From contig JBGGMJ010000082.1 in assembly GCA_041288095.1 (NCBI GenBank), positions 1 to 64,000 on the forward strand: a DNA stretch of 64,000 bases, read 5' to 3'. The DNA is from Myxococcota bacterium. GTDB taxonomy: Bacteria > Myxococcota > XYA12-FULL-58-9 > JALHOP01. The position numbers and the translations under genes were made by a program. The notes under the pieces are model-generated. The model made no database searches and was not told the origin of the DNA. It was given only the letters and a program-made list of their open reading frames with translations. This document shows positions 1-9,908 of the stretch, one piece after another. Numbering within the stretch: position 1 is the first letter of the stretch; every line of letters starts with the position of its first letter.

Positions 1-327
1 GAGCTGTCGCTCTCGGCGACGAGCAAGGTCGTCGCCTTCGAGAATGGCGCCGTGAATACCTTCACCATCGACCCGCGCGACCACGGCTTGGAGATGGCAC
101 CACAGGAGAGTGTTCGCGGCGGCGGTCCCAAAGAGAACGCGTCGATGCTCCGCGAGGTGCTCGAAGGCAAACGCCCCGGGCCCCTGACCGACATCGTGCT
201 GCTCAACGCGGGCGCCGCTCTGTTCATCGCCGGCGCTGCGACCTCGCTGCGGAAGGGAATCGAAGCGGCGCGAGAGACGTTGGTGAATGGCAGCGCGCGC
301 GACTTGCTGGCGCGACTGTCGGCCTGA
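1..327 (+). CDS. trpD: Anthranilate phosphoribosyltransferase, C-terminal part (runs off window start)
   Basis: Frame open from base 1: ELSLS...IDPRDHGL...GGGPKENA...DIVLLNAGAAL...GIEAARETLVNGSA, typical TrpD C-terminus. Confidence 0.9.
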   Translation, partial: ELSLSATSKVVAFENGAVNTFTIDPRDHGLEMAPQESVRGGGPKENASMLREVLEGKRPGPLTDIVLLNAGAALFIAGAATSLRKGIEAARETLVNGSARDLLARLSA

Positions 328-361
328 AAAAAGAAACGCGCCGGGATTAGCGGCGCGTTTC
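327..361 (-). terminator. Intrinsic terminator for the 415..597 gene (possibly bidirectional)
   Basis: Perfect 11-bp stem GAAACGCGCCG(333-343)/CGGCGCGTTTC(351-361), 7-nt loop, A6 at 327-332 = U-tract on minus strand. Confidence 0.8.
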
Positions 362-414
362 GCGAAAGGTACGTCTGAGCGAGCTGGCCACCGCCAGACC
401 CGGAGGAGGGGTTC

Positions 415-597
415 TCAGTACTCGATGATGATGACGCCTCGATCACTCTTCTCTTTGGCATCCTCATCACGCGACGGTTCGGTCCGGCCGTAGCTGGACC
501 CGTCATGGAGCGGCAGCTCGAGCCGCGGGCGCTCTTGCTTGCGCTTCTCGGCCTCTTCCCGACGCCGGAGCTCCTCGATGATGAAAGCGTCCAACAT
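415..597 (-). CDS. Small hypothetical protein (60 aa), myxobacteria-like
   Basis: AGGAG RBS upstream, terminator downstream; MLDAFIIEELRRRE...ERPRLELP...RGVIIIEY pattern resembles small myxobacterial proteins. Confidence 0.75.
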   Translation of the reverse strand: MLDAFIIEELRRREEAEKRKQERPRLELPLHDGSSYGRTEPSRDEDAKEKSDRGVIIIEY

Positions 598-892
598 GTG
601 CTTCTCCTACCCTCTACGACACGTGGGGCACGCGCCTTCGAGGAGTACTGCCACCAGGAGCGCTATTAAGACATTCCCGTTTAGACGGCGAACGGGCTGT
701 CCCTACTCAATACATCCTGCCTGATCCCAGCGCACTAGCAACTGTTTCGCTGGCGCTGGCCCGAAAAACCCTATCACTACAGCCGTCTAAGTCGTCCCTG
801 ACGATCGTAACGGCACACCCGTCCCCTTTACTTAAGTATCGTAGGCGGTGGGCATAGGTTTCGCAATGTAGGCATGTAGCGCTGACTGCGTC

Positions 893-1315
893 CTAACGGC
901 CTTCGGCGCGCTTTTTGAATCGCTCCAGCGTCTGCGGCAGCGTCAGGCCCAGCAGCCGGTCCTTGACGGACTTCGGGATCAAGCCCTTGAGCTCGACGTC
1001 GAGGACGTACGTAGCGCGGGTCTTCTGGCCCTCAGCCTCGAGCTGCCAGCCACCGCTATTCGAGACCATCATCCCCGCGGAGTCGAGGGTCCAGCGCAGC
1101 GCCGCGGGCGGGTCCTCTTCCAGGCGCAACGTGTACGAGAAGCGCATCATGAGCTCGAGGTCGAAGCGGGCAACGACGACGTTGTCGTGCCGGCTGACGA
1201 TGCTCACCGACGTCATTTCCGGCAAGAACTCCGGATAGCGCTCGTAATCAGTGACGACGCTCCAGACTTTCGCGAGCGGCGCGTCGATGACGATGGTTTC
1301 TTCTGCGCGGCTCAT
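893..1315 (-). CDS. SRPBCC/START family (COQ10/RatA-like) protein
   Basis: IVIDAPLAKVWSVVTDYERYPEFLP motif; NSGGWQLE; start taken at MSRAEE. Confidence 0.85.
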   Translation of the reverse strand: MSRAEETIVIDAPLAKVWSVVTDYERYPEFLPEMTSVSIVSRHDNVVVARFDLELMMRFSYTLRLEEDPPAALRWTLDSAGMMVSNSGGWQLEAEGQKTRATYVLDVELKGLIPKSVKDRLLGLTLPQTLERFKKRAEGR

Positions 1316-1331
1316 CGGCGCGCGGACGCTA

Positions 1332-1589
1332 TCACAAGCGCTTGCCACAGGCGAGGCAGAGCGAGCGGCTTACCGGGTTGCGAACGCCGCATTCGCCGCA
1401 AACGATCCGCTCCTCGGTCGCGGGAGCCTGACGCTTGGTCAGGGTGCGGGCATCGAGCTGCGTCGTCTCGATACCGTCGAGGCGGGGCAGCTCGGGAACC
1501 TCGTCGACCTTGCGGCCGCAGGCGCGACAGGTGTCGGCCTCGATCTTCGGAGACGCACAGTGGGGGCAACGTTGGGTCGGTCGCGGCAT
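1332..1589 (-). CDS. Small double zinc-ribbon protein
   Basis: Four CxxC pairs (CPHC, CRAC, CGEC, CLAC) in 85 aa, directly downstream of recG. Confidence 0.7.
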   Translation of the reverse strand: MPRPTQRCPHCASPKIEADTCRACGRKVDEVPELPRLDGIETTQLDARTLTKRQAPATEERIVCGECGVRNPVSRSLCLACGKRL

Positions 1590-1602
1590 CGTGAGCCTTA
1601 GC

Positions 1603-4035
1603 TTAGCCGATCTGCGCCAGCTCGAGCTTCTGATGCCAGCGCGCTTCCAGAGCTTCACGCAGGCGCGTGTGCTCCGGGCGCCGCAACGCCGGGTCGGCGG
1701 CAAGCAGGGCCTGTGCGTCTTGGCGGGCAGCCGCGAGGATCTTCTGGTCGCGGGCGAGATTTGCGAGCGACAGGAGAGGTAAACCGGATTGCCGCGTGCC
1801 GATGAAGTCACCCGGTCCGCGGATCTCGAGGTCCGCTTCCGCGATCTTGAAGCCGTCGGCGGTCTCTTCCATGACGCCGAGCCGCCGCCAACCGTCGTCG
1901 CTCGAGGTGCCGGAGGTCACGAGCAGACATTCGCTGGCGTGCGCGCCACGACCAACGCGACCGCGGAGTTGATGCAGCTGCGAGAGGCCAAAGCGCTCGG
2001 CGTGCTCGATGACCATCACGGTGGCGTTCGGGACGTCGATGCCGACCTCGACCACGGTGGTGGCGACGAGCACGTCGATCTGCTTGTTCAAGAACGCGCG
2101 CATCACCTGTTCCTTGGCGGTGGCGTCGAGTCGTCCGTGCAACACGCCGAGACGCAAGCCGTGCAGCGCGCCGTTCGCCAGCTCCTCGGCTTCGCTCGTG
2201 ACCGCGCGGACATCGGCCATGCCCTCCTTGTCGGACTCCTCGACCAGCGGGAAGACGACGTAGGCTTGTCGGCCCTGCTCGACCGCGTGACGGATGCGGC
2301 GGTGAACCTGTTCGCGCTGTTTTTCGCGGAAGAGGACGGTCTTCACGGGTGTCCGCCCGGGCGGAAGCTCGTCGATGATCGACACGTCGAGGTCGCCGTA
2401 AACCGTGAGCGCCAAGGTGCGCGGGATCGGCGTCGCCGTCATCACCAGCACGTGCGGCGTCGCGCCGAGTGACTCGCGGCCCTGCTCCAAGATGCGCGCG
2501 CGTTGCAGGACGCCGAAGCGATGCTGCTCGTCGATGATCCCGAGGGCGAGCTTGTTGAAGCGGACATCCGCCTGGATGAGCGCGTGCGTGCCGACGACGA
2601 CCTGAATGTGGCCGCTCGCCAGCTGACCGAGGATCCGCCGCCGCTCGGAGGCGGACACCGAGCCGGTGAGCACATCCACGCGCACACCCGCTTTCGGCAG
2701 GCTCGTGAGCGCCGTACGTGCATGCTGTTCGGCGAGCAGCTCGGTCGGCGCCATGATGGCGACCTGCATGCCGGCGTGAGCAATGGCCGCCGCGGCGGAC
2801 ATGGCGACGGCGGTCTTACCGCTGCCAACGTCGCCTTGGAGAAGCCTGTGCATCGGCAACGGACGCGCCATGTCTTGCTCGAGCTCGCGGAGCACGCGGC
2901 TCTGTGCCTTGGTGAGAGCGAACGGGAAGAGTTGCTTCGCTTCGTCGGCGAGCGTCGCCGGGAAGGTGACCGCCCTGCCCGGCTCGGCGGCCGCCTGGGC
3001 TTTTCGCTGCAAGACCACGAGCTGGAGCAAGAACAGCTCTTCGTAGATGAGACGGCGGTGCCAGGGCGTCGCCATGTCGAGGAGGTCGGTGACTGCGGTC
3101 TCTTTTGGCGGACGGTGCAGAAAACTTACCGACTCACCGAGGCCGGGCAGGCGATGGCGCTCGGCGATGGCGCTCGGGATGCAGTCGCTGAGCTGCTCGG
3201 CAAGCGGCAAGACGTTGTCGATGACGCGGCGGAGCTGCTGCGGCCGCAGGCCCTCGATCTCGCTGTAGATCGGCACCAGCTCGGTCGGCGCGTCGGGCAA
3301 CGGTGCGTCGTCTTCGATGATGCGCGTCTCGGGATGCGCCATCTGCAATTGGCCGCGGAAGCTCTTCACGATGCCCGAGACCTGGACGCGCTTGCCCTTC
3401 TGAAAGCGCTCGGCCCAGTCGGCGCCCAGCGAGCGGAACCAGGTGAGCCGCAGCGTGCCGGACTCGTCCCCGATGGCGACCTCGAGCGAACGCCGGCCGC
3501 GGAAGTTCTTGGCGGACTTGGCGAGAATGGTGCCCTGCACGGTCGCGCCTTCGCCAACCGTGAGGTCGCGGATGCTGCCGCGCAAGCTGCGGTCTTCGTA
3601 ACGACGCGGGAGAAAGCGCAGCAGGTCCTCGACGGTGCTGAGGCCCTTGTCGTTCAAGAGCTTGGCGATGCCCGGCCCAACCCCGCGAACGTACTGAACC
3701 TCGGACGCGAGAGTCAGAACATCGGCTTTCGCCCTTCGGCTCTCGGCCTTCGGTGCTCGGCTCTCGGCAATCGCCTCTCGGCCCTCGGCCTTCGGCTTTC
3801 GCCCCTCCGCAATCGCCTCCACCTCCTCCAACACCCTCCGCACCTTCTCCTTACGAGCCCCCGGCGCCTCCAGCACCCGCAGAATCGTCGCGAGCCTCTG
3901 CTTCGCCCCGCCATCGCGGACAACGGCGGTGAGCCGCGTCGCCGCCGCAATCAAGGTCTTCTCGAGATCCTTGATGCGCTCGACGTTCTCGAAGTCGTTG
4001 CGCGCCGCGAAGGTCAGCGGATTGCGCAGCGGCAT
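1603..4035 (-). CDS. recG: ATP-dependent DNA helicase RecG (start uncertain)
   Basis: RLLQGDVGSGKT, IIDEQHRFG, MTATPIPRTL, QLHQLRGRVGRG, DLEIRGPG; wedge/OB domain. Confidence 0.97.
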   Translation of the reverse strand: MPLRNPLTFAARNDFENVERIKDLEKTLIAAATRLTAVVRDGGAKQRLATILRVLEAPGARKEKVRRVLEEVEAIAEGRKPKAEGREAIAESRAPKAESRRAKADVLTLASEVQYVRGVGPGIAKLLNDKGLSTVEDLLRFLPRRYEDRSLRGSIRDLTVGEGATVQGTILAKSAKNFRGRRSLEVAIGDESGTLRLTWFRSLGADWAERFQKGKRVQVSGIVKSFRGQLQMAHPETRIIEDDAPLPDAPTELVPIYSEIEGLRPQQLRRVIDNVLPLAEQLSDCIPSAIAERHRLPGLGESVSFLHRPPKETAVTDLLDMATPWHRRLIYEELFLLQLVVLQRKAQAAAEPGRAVTFPATLADEAKQLFPFALTKAQSRVLRELEQDMARPLPMHRLLQGDVGSGKTAVAMSAAAAIAHAGMQVAIMAPTELLAEQHARTALTSLPKAGVRVDVLTGSVSASERRRILGQLASGHIQVVVGTHALIQADVRFNKLALGIIDEQHRFGVLQRARILEQGRESLGATPHVLVMTATPIPRTLALTVYGDLDVSIIDELPPGRTPVKTVLFREKQREQVHRRIRHAVEQGRQAYVVFPLVEESDKEGMADVRAVTSEAEELANGALHGLRLGVLHGRLDATAKEQVMRAFLNKQIDVLVATTVVEVGIDVPNATVMVIEHAERFGLSQLHQLRGRVGRGAHASECLLVTSGTSSDDGWRRLGVMEETADGFKIAEADLEIRGPGDFIGTRQSGLPLLSLANLARDQKILAAARQDAQALLAADPALRRPEHTRLREALEARWHQKLELAQIG
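3722..3819. repeat. 14 tandem degenerate 7-bp repeats (consensus TCGGCYY) inside the recG linker
   Basis: tcggctt tcgccct tcggctc tcggcct tcggtgc tcggctc tcggcaa tcgcctc tcggccc tcggcct tcggctt tcgcccc tccgcaa tcgcctc. Confidence 0.9.
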
Positions 4036-4054
4036 CAGGAGCTGCGCCAGCTCC

Positions 4055-4528
4055 TCACTTGAAAGTGATGTCACTGATCTCGACGGTGCGCTGACCACCC
4101 TTGCCGGGGATCTTCACCTCGTCACCGACTTCTTTGCCGATGAGGGCTCGCGCCAGCGGCGAGTTGACGTTGATCTTGCCGTTGTCGACGTCAGCCTCGT
4201 ACTCGCCGAGGATCTGGTACTTCTTGCTCGAGCCGTCGTCGACGTCTTCGATGGTCACGACCGCGCCAAAAACAACGCGCTCGCCCGAGAGCTTCTTCGG
4301 ATCGATCACCTGCGCGCGCGACGCCTTGTCCTCGAGGTCGCGGATCTTGGCCTCGACCAAGCCCTGGCGGTCTTTGGCGGCGTGGTACTCGAAGTTCTCG
4401 GAGAGGTCACCGAGCTCCCGCGCTTCCCCGATTTCCTTGCTGATCTTCGGACGCTCGTGCGTCTTGAGGTTGTGCAGCTCGCTCTTCAGGCGCTCCAGGC
4501 CTTCGGGTGTAATCGGGAAGCTCGACAT
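4055..4528 (-). CDS. greA: Transcription elongation factor GreA
   Basis: ARELGDLSENFEYHAAK, VVFGAVV, INVNSPLARALIGK. Confidence 0.96.
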   Translation of the reverse strand: MSSFPITPEGLERLKSELHNLKTHERPKISKEIGEARELGDLSENFEYHAAKDRQGLVEAKIRDLEDKASRAQVIDPKKLSGERVVFGAVVTIEDVDDGSSKKYQILGEYEADVDNGKINVNSPLARALIGKEVGDEVKIPGKGGQRTVEISDITFK

Positions 4529-4573
4529 GGTGCGGGAACCTATCGCCCCGATTGCGGCACCGCAACCCCAACG

Positions 4574-5962
4574 TCAGGTGAGCCCTGTCACCGGTCCGCC
4601 GGTCGCGAGCTCGGGCTCGCCGAACGTGGTCACATTCTCGTAGCCCATGTAGTGCATGCACGAGACGAGGACGTCGCTGAATCCCTTGGTGCTGGCGTTC
4701 TGCAGGTTCAGATAACGCCCACGGCGGAAGTAGTTGTGCGCGACGCCCGCGAAGATGACCATGTTGTCGTGGTTGCTATGGGCGTAGCCGCGGCCGAGCT
4801 CGTTCCAGTGAACCACCAGCGTGTGATCCCAGAGCGTGCCGTCGCCGTCGTCGGTGTTCTTCAGGAGCTCGTAGAGCTTCACCGTTTGCGACCACAGCTC
4901 GGTGTTGACCCTGCGGATGTCGGCGAACGCCGGCTCGTTGTTCAAGTGCGACAGGTCATGATGCCCCGAGCCCGGGTTCGAAAGACCGAGGTTGGGATAG
5001 GTGCGGTTGTTGGTGTTGCCGCTCCAGTTGAAGTTGACGACCCGCGTGGTGTCGCAGGCAAAGGCCAGGGCGCTGATCTTGAAGAAGAGCTCGCCCATGG
5101 TCGAGTAGTTCGCCGCGGCGTACGGGTCGAGCTGGGTGCCCAGCGCGAACGGCGCGCAGGCGTTGGTCACCTCGGGCAGCACGAGCGAGCGCTCGATGTC
5201 GCGCATGGCGTCGGTGTGCCGATCCAGGCGCGCGCGGTCGGCGGCACCGAGGCGCGTTTTCAACGTGGTGAGCTCGCCGTTCACTAGATCGAGCGCCGAC
5301 TGTTGTTTGGCGATGCGGCGCACGAGCGCGGGATCGGGCGCGTCGCCCGCCTGCAAGTTGCTGAAGAGCGTCGAGTAAAGCGTGTACGGATTGGTGGACG
5401 GGTTCGCGGGAGCCTGCGTTCCGATCGGTCCGTTGTGGGAGTGAACGTTCCAGATGTTGTTCCCGGTGTCGCCGACGCGCATGTAGAGATGGCTGCGCGG
5501 CATCGACGGCACCTGCTCGCGAATGCGGCGGCCGAGCTCGACGTCGATGGTCGGTCCTTGGATGTAGCCGATGAAGTCCGAGGTGCCGCCGATGGGGAAC
5601 GAGCCCGTGCCCGACTTCCAGGGTCCGAGGGCGCTCCCGCCCTGTTGATGGCCGTCCGCGCGCTCGCCATCCGGGAGGCGGCCGTGACGCTTGTCGACGT
5701 TCTCCATGACGATGAGGTCAGAGCGGTACGGCGTCAGCGCCGCGCGCACGCTGTTGAAGGCGAAGCCGGTCTCGGTCGTGTTGGTCATGCGCGCCGTGGG
5801 GTCGTCGCCGTTCGGCTTGAACACGAACATGATACGTCGAGGGCGCGTCGGATCGACGGCCGCGCTAGCGGACAAGGGCGTCATGGCGTCGAGGAACGGC
5901 AGGGCCATCGCCACGCCGGAGGCGCCACGGAGAAAGGCTCGTCGGTTGAGTGGTTTGATCAT
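4574..5962 (-). CDS. DUF1552 family protein
   Basis: NRRAFLRGASGVAMALPFLDAM N-terminus, LAFACDTTRV, HHDLSH, ELGRG..HS; partner of the upstream DUF1592 gene. Confidence 0.88.
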   Translation of the reverse strand: MIKPLNRRAFLRGASGVAMALPFLDAMTPLSASAAVDPTRPRRIMFVFKPNGDDPTARMTNTTETGFAFNSVRAALTPYRSDLIVMENVDKRHGRLPDGERADGHQQGGSALGPWKSGTGSFPIGGTSDFIGYIQGPTIDVELGRRIREQVPSMPRSHLYMRVGDTGNNIWNVHSHNGPIGTQAPANPSTNPYTLYSTLFSNLQAGDAPDPALVRRIAKQQSALDLVNGELTTLKTRLGAADRARLDRHTDAMRDIERSLVLPEVTNACAPFALGTQLDPYAAANYSTMGELFFKISALAFACDTTRVVNFNWSGNTNNRTYPNLGLSNPGSGHHDLSHLNNEPAFADIRRVNTELWSQTVKLYELLKNTDDGDGTLWDHTLVVHWNELGRGYAHSNHDNMVIFAGVAHNYFRRGRYLNLQNASTKGFSDVLVSCMHYMGYENVTTFGEPELATGGPVTGLT

Positions 5963-5972
5963 ACGGCGCTCC

Positions 5973-7613
5973 TCACTTCGCCACCCGGTACAAGAACGCG
6001 TCGGTGCGCGTCAGCGCCGAGATCGCGCCACGGAGATTGTAGCCGCTGGCGATGAAGTCGTTGAGCAGTCGTTCCTGCGAGCATCCGTCCGCCTTGCTCT
6101 CCTTGCGGCCGTAGGCGTAGCGGAAAAGTTGTGTGGCAAAGCAGGCGCGCACCTCGTTGGACTCAGCGAGACGCTCCACCATCTCGGTCGGGCCGCTCAC
6201 CGGGCCGTCGACGTCCGTCAGGCTGATGACGCCGCTCGTGTCCACCTGATTGCCGGCGTCGTCGTGCGTGCGCACACGACCGACCCCATCGATACTCTCG
6301 AAGACCTGGCCGAGCGGATCCATCATCGTGTGACAGGCGTTGCAGGTCACGTTGGTGCGGTGCTCCTCGAGCATTTGACGCTGAGACTGGCCGGGGATGG
6401 TCGGGGGCAGATCGAGCACCGCGTCGTCCGGGGGCGAGCCGACGGTGCCGCAGAGCACATCGGTGCGGATCTTCAAGCCGCGGCGCACGATGGAGGTGCG
6501 GGCCAGCTTGTCGTGCGCGGTCAGCATGCTCGTCTGCATCAGCAGACCAAGGCGCTTCGACGGATCGAGCTCCACGCGAACGAAGGCGTCGCCGCTCACG
6601 CCCGAGACACCATAGTGCTGCGCCAGCGCTTGGTTCATGTACGTGTAGGGAGCGGTGAGCAGCGTGTCGAACGACCCATCCTCCTCCCACATGATGTGGT
6701 TGATGAAGGTCTCGGTCTCACGCCGTAGGAGCTCTGGGAGGGCCGGGCTCAGCGCGCCGTACGTCGCGGCATCGCGCTCAGCAACATTGAAACGGTCGAG
6801 GTCGAGCCACTCCACGAAGAAGTCGAACATGCGGCGAGCTTTGGGGTCCGCGAGCAGCCGGTCCGACTGAGCGGCCACACCCTCGTCGGTGTCGAGCTGA
6901 CCGTTGCGCGCGGCGGCGAGCAGCGCGGCGTCGGGCATCGAGCCCCAGATGAGGTAGGAAAGGCGCGACGCCATCTCGTATCCGCCAATGCGGACAAGAT
7001 TTCCGTCGCTCGGCACGATCTCGACGCGGTGCAGGAATTGCGGCGACTGGAGCACGCCGAAGATCACCCACTCGATACCGCTGCGGAAGTCGTAGCCACC
7101 GGTGCGGGCGGCGTCGTAGCTCTTGGTGAGCACGTCGTTGATCTCGGCCGGCGTCAGCGGCCGCCGATAGGCGCGCTCGCCGAAGCTGGTGATGAAGCGG
7201 CGGGCGCAATCGCGCTCCGCTTCGCCGGTATTGCAACGCACGAGCTCACTGAAACGGCTGGTGACCGCTTCGACGGACAAGACGTCGGCGGCGTCGCTGT
7301 ACTGACGCGCCGTATCGGAAGAGATGGTCAGGAACTCGGCACCGTTGCGATAGCCCAGCGACTCGGTGTCCTCGGCGAAGGTCGCGGTGACCCGAGCCGC
7401 GAGCTCGGGCATGCCCAGCAGGTCGGCGACGGTGAAGCGGTACTCGGTGTTGCTCAGGCGCCGCATGGGCGAAGCCGCGACGCTCGGCGTACCGGTGCAG
7501 AGCGACTGCTGACTGTCGCCGAGCGGACTGATGCCGTCGGCATCGCCGATCTCGCCCTCGCAGGCGCTGGTGGCCAGCAAGATCACGGCGCATGTGGTGA
7601 GGGTGCGGCGCAT
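5973..7613 (-). CDS. DUF1592/DUF1588/DUF1595/DUF1587/DUF1585 lipoprotein
   Basis: Lipobox ATSAC; RRLSNTEYRFTVADLL, RAYRRPL, LQSPQFLHR, ASRLSYLIWGSMPD, CNACH. Confidence 0.9.
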   Translation of the reverse strand: MRRTLTTCAVILLATSACEGEIGDADGISPLGDSQQSLCTGTPSVAASPMRRLSNTEYRFTVADLLGMPELAARVTATFAEDTESLGYRNGAEFLTISSDTARQYSDAADVLSVEAVTSRFSELVRCNTGEAERDCARRFITSFGERAYRRPLTPAEINDVLTKSYDAARTGGYDFRSGIEWVIFGVLQSPQFLHRVEIVPSDGNLVRIGGYEMASRLSYLIWGSMPDAALLAAARNGQLDTDEGVAAQSDRLLADPKARRMFDFFVEWLDLDRFNVAERDAATYGALSPALPELLRRETETFINHIMWEEDGSFDTLLTAPYTYMNQALAQHYGVSGVSGDAFVRVELDPSKRLGLLMQTSMLTAHDKLARTSIVRRGLKIRTDVLCGTVGSPPDDAVLDLPPTIPGQSQRQMLEEHRTNVTCNACHTMMDPLGQVFESIDGVGRVRTHDDAGNQVDTSGVISLTDVDGPVSGPTEMVERLAESNEVRACFATQLFRYAYGRKESKADGCSQERLLNDFIASGYNLRGAISALTRTDAFLYRVAK

Positions 7614-7627
7614 TCGTGGGCCGCTGC

Positions 7628-7644
7628 TGCGATTGGCGTGCCAA
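7628..7644 (-). promoter_or_regulatory. Sigma54 (-24/-12) promoter of the DUF1592-DUF1552 operon
   Basis: Minus strand TTGGCACGCCAATCGCA = TGGCACG-N4-TCGC, exact GG-N10-GC spacing, 14 nt upstream of ATG. Confidence 0.7.
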
Positions 7645-7827
7645 CCGCACATGCGCGTCGTTTCAGCGGAAATACGCTAAAACGCACGCAGCAATGTGTG
7701 GAATGCAAGCCGCAGTCTGTCCACTGCAGGCTACGGCTCGTCGGGGGAAACCATGTGCCGCCAACGCTTGCGCCAGAACAGCGCCCAGCGTAATGGGCCT
7801 GTCGACCTACGAGCACGAGGAAGTCAC

Positions 7828-9018
7828 GTGAAGATTCACGAGTTCCAGGGCAAAGAGATCTTCAGAAAATTCGGCATCCCGGTCCCCAAGGGCAGCGCCG
7901 CCAAGACCCCCGAAGACGCGCAGCGCATTGCCGCCGAGCTCGGGGGTAAGATCGTCGTCAAGTCGCAAATCCACGCTGGTGGCCGCGGCAAGGGCACGCT
8001 CATCGAAAAGCCCGACGTGCGAGGTGTGAAGGTCGTCGCCACCCCACAAGAGGCCGCGGACTACACCAAGCTCCTCCTCGGCAATCACCTGCGCACCAAG
8101 CAGACCGGCCCCGAGGGGCAGAAGGTCAAGCAAGTCCTGGTCGAGCAGGCCAGCGAGATCGCCAAGGAGCTCTACGTCGCCGTCGTCCTCGATCGCGACA
8201 GCAGCCGCGTCACGTTCATCGCCTCGACCGAAGGCGGCATGGACATCGAAGAGGTCGCCGAGAAGACTCCCGACAAGATCATCAAGCAGCCGATCGAGCC
8301 CGCAACCGGCATGATGGCGTTCGCCGGCCGCAAGCTCGCCTACCAGCTGGGCATGACGGGCGACACCGCGAAGCAAGCGGCGGCGCTCTTCGGCAAGCTC
8401 TACGACACGTTCGTCGGCACCGACGCCTCGATGGTCGAAGTGAACCCGCTCATCATCACCAAGAGCGGCGACGTCATGGCCCTCGATGCCAAGCTCGACT
8501 TCGACGAGAACGCCCTCTTCCGTCACAAGGAGATCGCCGCCTACCGCGACGTCGACGAGGAAGATCCCAAGGAGCGCGACGCCAAGGACGCGAACCTCTC
8601 CTACGTGGCGCTCGACGGCAGCATCGGCTGCCTCGTGAACGGCGCCGGCCTCGCGATGGCGACCATGGACATCATCAAGTTCGCGGGCGGCTCGCCGGCG
8701 AACTTCCTCGATGTCGGCGGCGGCGCGACCGCGGCCCAGGTCACCACCGCGTTCAAGATCATCCTCGCGGACAAGAACGTGAAGGCGATTCTGGTGAACA
8801 TCTTCGGCGGCATCGCCAAGTGCGACGTCATCGCCGAGGGCATCGTCACCGCGGCCAAGCAAGTTGGCTTGAAGCTGCCGCTGGTCGTCCGGCTCGAAGG
8901 CACCAACGTCGAGCTCGGCAAGAAGATCCTCGCCGAGAGCGGCCTCGCCATCACCCCGGCGAACGACATGTTGGATGCCGCCACAAAAGCCGTGGCCGCC
9001 GCAGGAGGTAAGAAATGA
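7828..9018 (+). CDS. sucC: Succinyl-CoA synthetase beta subunit (GTG start)
   Basis: [51 protein letters not shown]. Confidence 0.97.
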   Translation: MKIHEFQGKEIFRKFGIPVPKGSAAKTPEDAQRIAAELGGKIVVKSQIHAGGRGKGTLIEKPDVRGVKVVATPQEAADYTKLLLGNHLRTKQTGPEGQKVKQVLVEQASEIAKELYVAVVLDRDSSRVTFIASTEGGMDIEEVAEKTPDKIIKQPIEPATGMMAFAGRKLAYQLGMTGDTAKQAAALFGKLYDTFVGTDASMVEVNPLIITKSGDVMALDAKLDFDENALFRHKEIAAYRDVDEEDPKERDAKDANLSYVALDGSIGCLVNGAGLAMATMDIIKFAGGSPANFLDVGGGATAAQVTTAFKIILADKNVKAILVNIFGGIAKCDVIAEGIVTAAKQVGLKLPLVVRLEGTNVELGKKILAESGLAITPANDMLDAATKAVAAAGGKK

Positions 9019-9890
9019 GCGTCCTCGTCGACAAGAACACCCGCCTCCTCATTCAAGGCATCACCGGCCAGGCGGGCTCGTTCCACGCCAAGCAGATGAT
9101 CGAATACGGCACCAACGTGGTCGCCGGTGTCACGCCGGGTAAGGGCGGCGAGAAGTTCGAAAGCAAGGTGCCGCTCTTCGACACCGTTGCCCAAGCCGTG
9201 AAGCAGACCGGCGCCAACGCCACGGTCATCTACGTGCCACCGCCGTTCGCGGCTGACGCGATCATGGAAGCCGCCGAAGCAGGCGTGCCGCTCATCGTCA
9301 CGATCACCGAAGGCATTCCGATTCTCGACATGGTGCGCGTAAAGCGCGCCTTGAAGGACATGCCTGTCCGCTTAATCGGACCGAACTGCCCCGGCATCAT
9401 CACGCCCGGTCAGTGCAAGATCGGCATCATGCCCGGCTTCATCCACAAGCACGGCCGCATCGCCGTCGTCTCGCGCTCGGGCACCCTCACCTACGAGGCG
9501 GTGTACCAGCTCACGCAAATGGGCATGGGCCAGTCGACCTGCATTGGCATCGGTGGTGACCCGGTCAACGGCACCAACTTCGTCGACTGCTTGAAGCTGT
9601 TCAACGACGACCCCGACACCGACGGCGTCATCATGATCGGCGAGATCGGTGGCAACGCCGAGCTCCAGGGCGCCCAGTGGGCCAAGGCCAACATGAAGAA
9701 GCCGATCGCAGGCTTCATCGCGGGCGCCACCGCGCCACCCGGCAAGCGCATGGGTCACGCCGGCGCCATCATCTCGGGCGGCGAAGACACTGCCGAGGGT
9801 AAGTTCGCGGCGATGGAAGCGGCGGGCATCATGACAACGCGTGATCCGTCGAAGCTCGCGGCGACCTTGCAAAAGGCCATGAAGCGCTAG
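9015..9890 (+). CDS. sucD: Succinyl-CoA synthetase alpha subunit
   Basis: [27 protein letters not shown] overlap with sucC. Confidence 0.97.
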   Translation: MSVLVDKNTRLLIQGITGQAGSFHAKQMIEYGTNVVAGVTPGKGGEKFESKVPLFDTVAQAVKQTGANATVIYVPPPFAADAIMEAAEAGVPLIVTITEGIPILDMVRVKRALKDMPVRLIGPNCPGIITPGQCKIGIMPGFIHKHGRIAVVSRSGTLTYEAVYQLTQMGMGQSTCIGIGGDPVNGTNFVDCLKLFNDDPDTDGVIMIGEIGGNAELQGAQWAKANMKKPIAGFIAGATAPPGKRMGHAGAIISGGEDTAEGKFAAMEAAGIMTTRDPSKLAATLQKAMKR

Positions 9891-9908
9891 ACCTCGAGGG
9901 AGGTAGCC

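Noticed and set aside
598..892. 6S RNA, tRNA or known riboswitch
   Set aside because: No cloverleaf, no recognisable aptamer consensus, not in the usual 6S gene context; kept only as an unassigned candidate
2503..4062. Long + strand ORF (519 aa) and many similar antisense ORFs (e.g. 3929..5287, 10056..11567, 38796..40415, 50658..52031, 53738..55045)
   Set aside because: Shadow frames opposite well-recognised genes, expected in high-GC DNA; no motifs
7696..7827. N-terminal extension of the sucC ORF
   Set aside because: Homology starts at KIHEFQ with GTG 7828 and an RBS; the extension is an ORF-caller artefact
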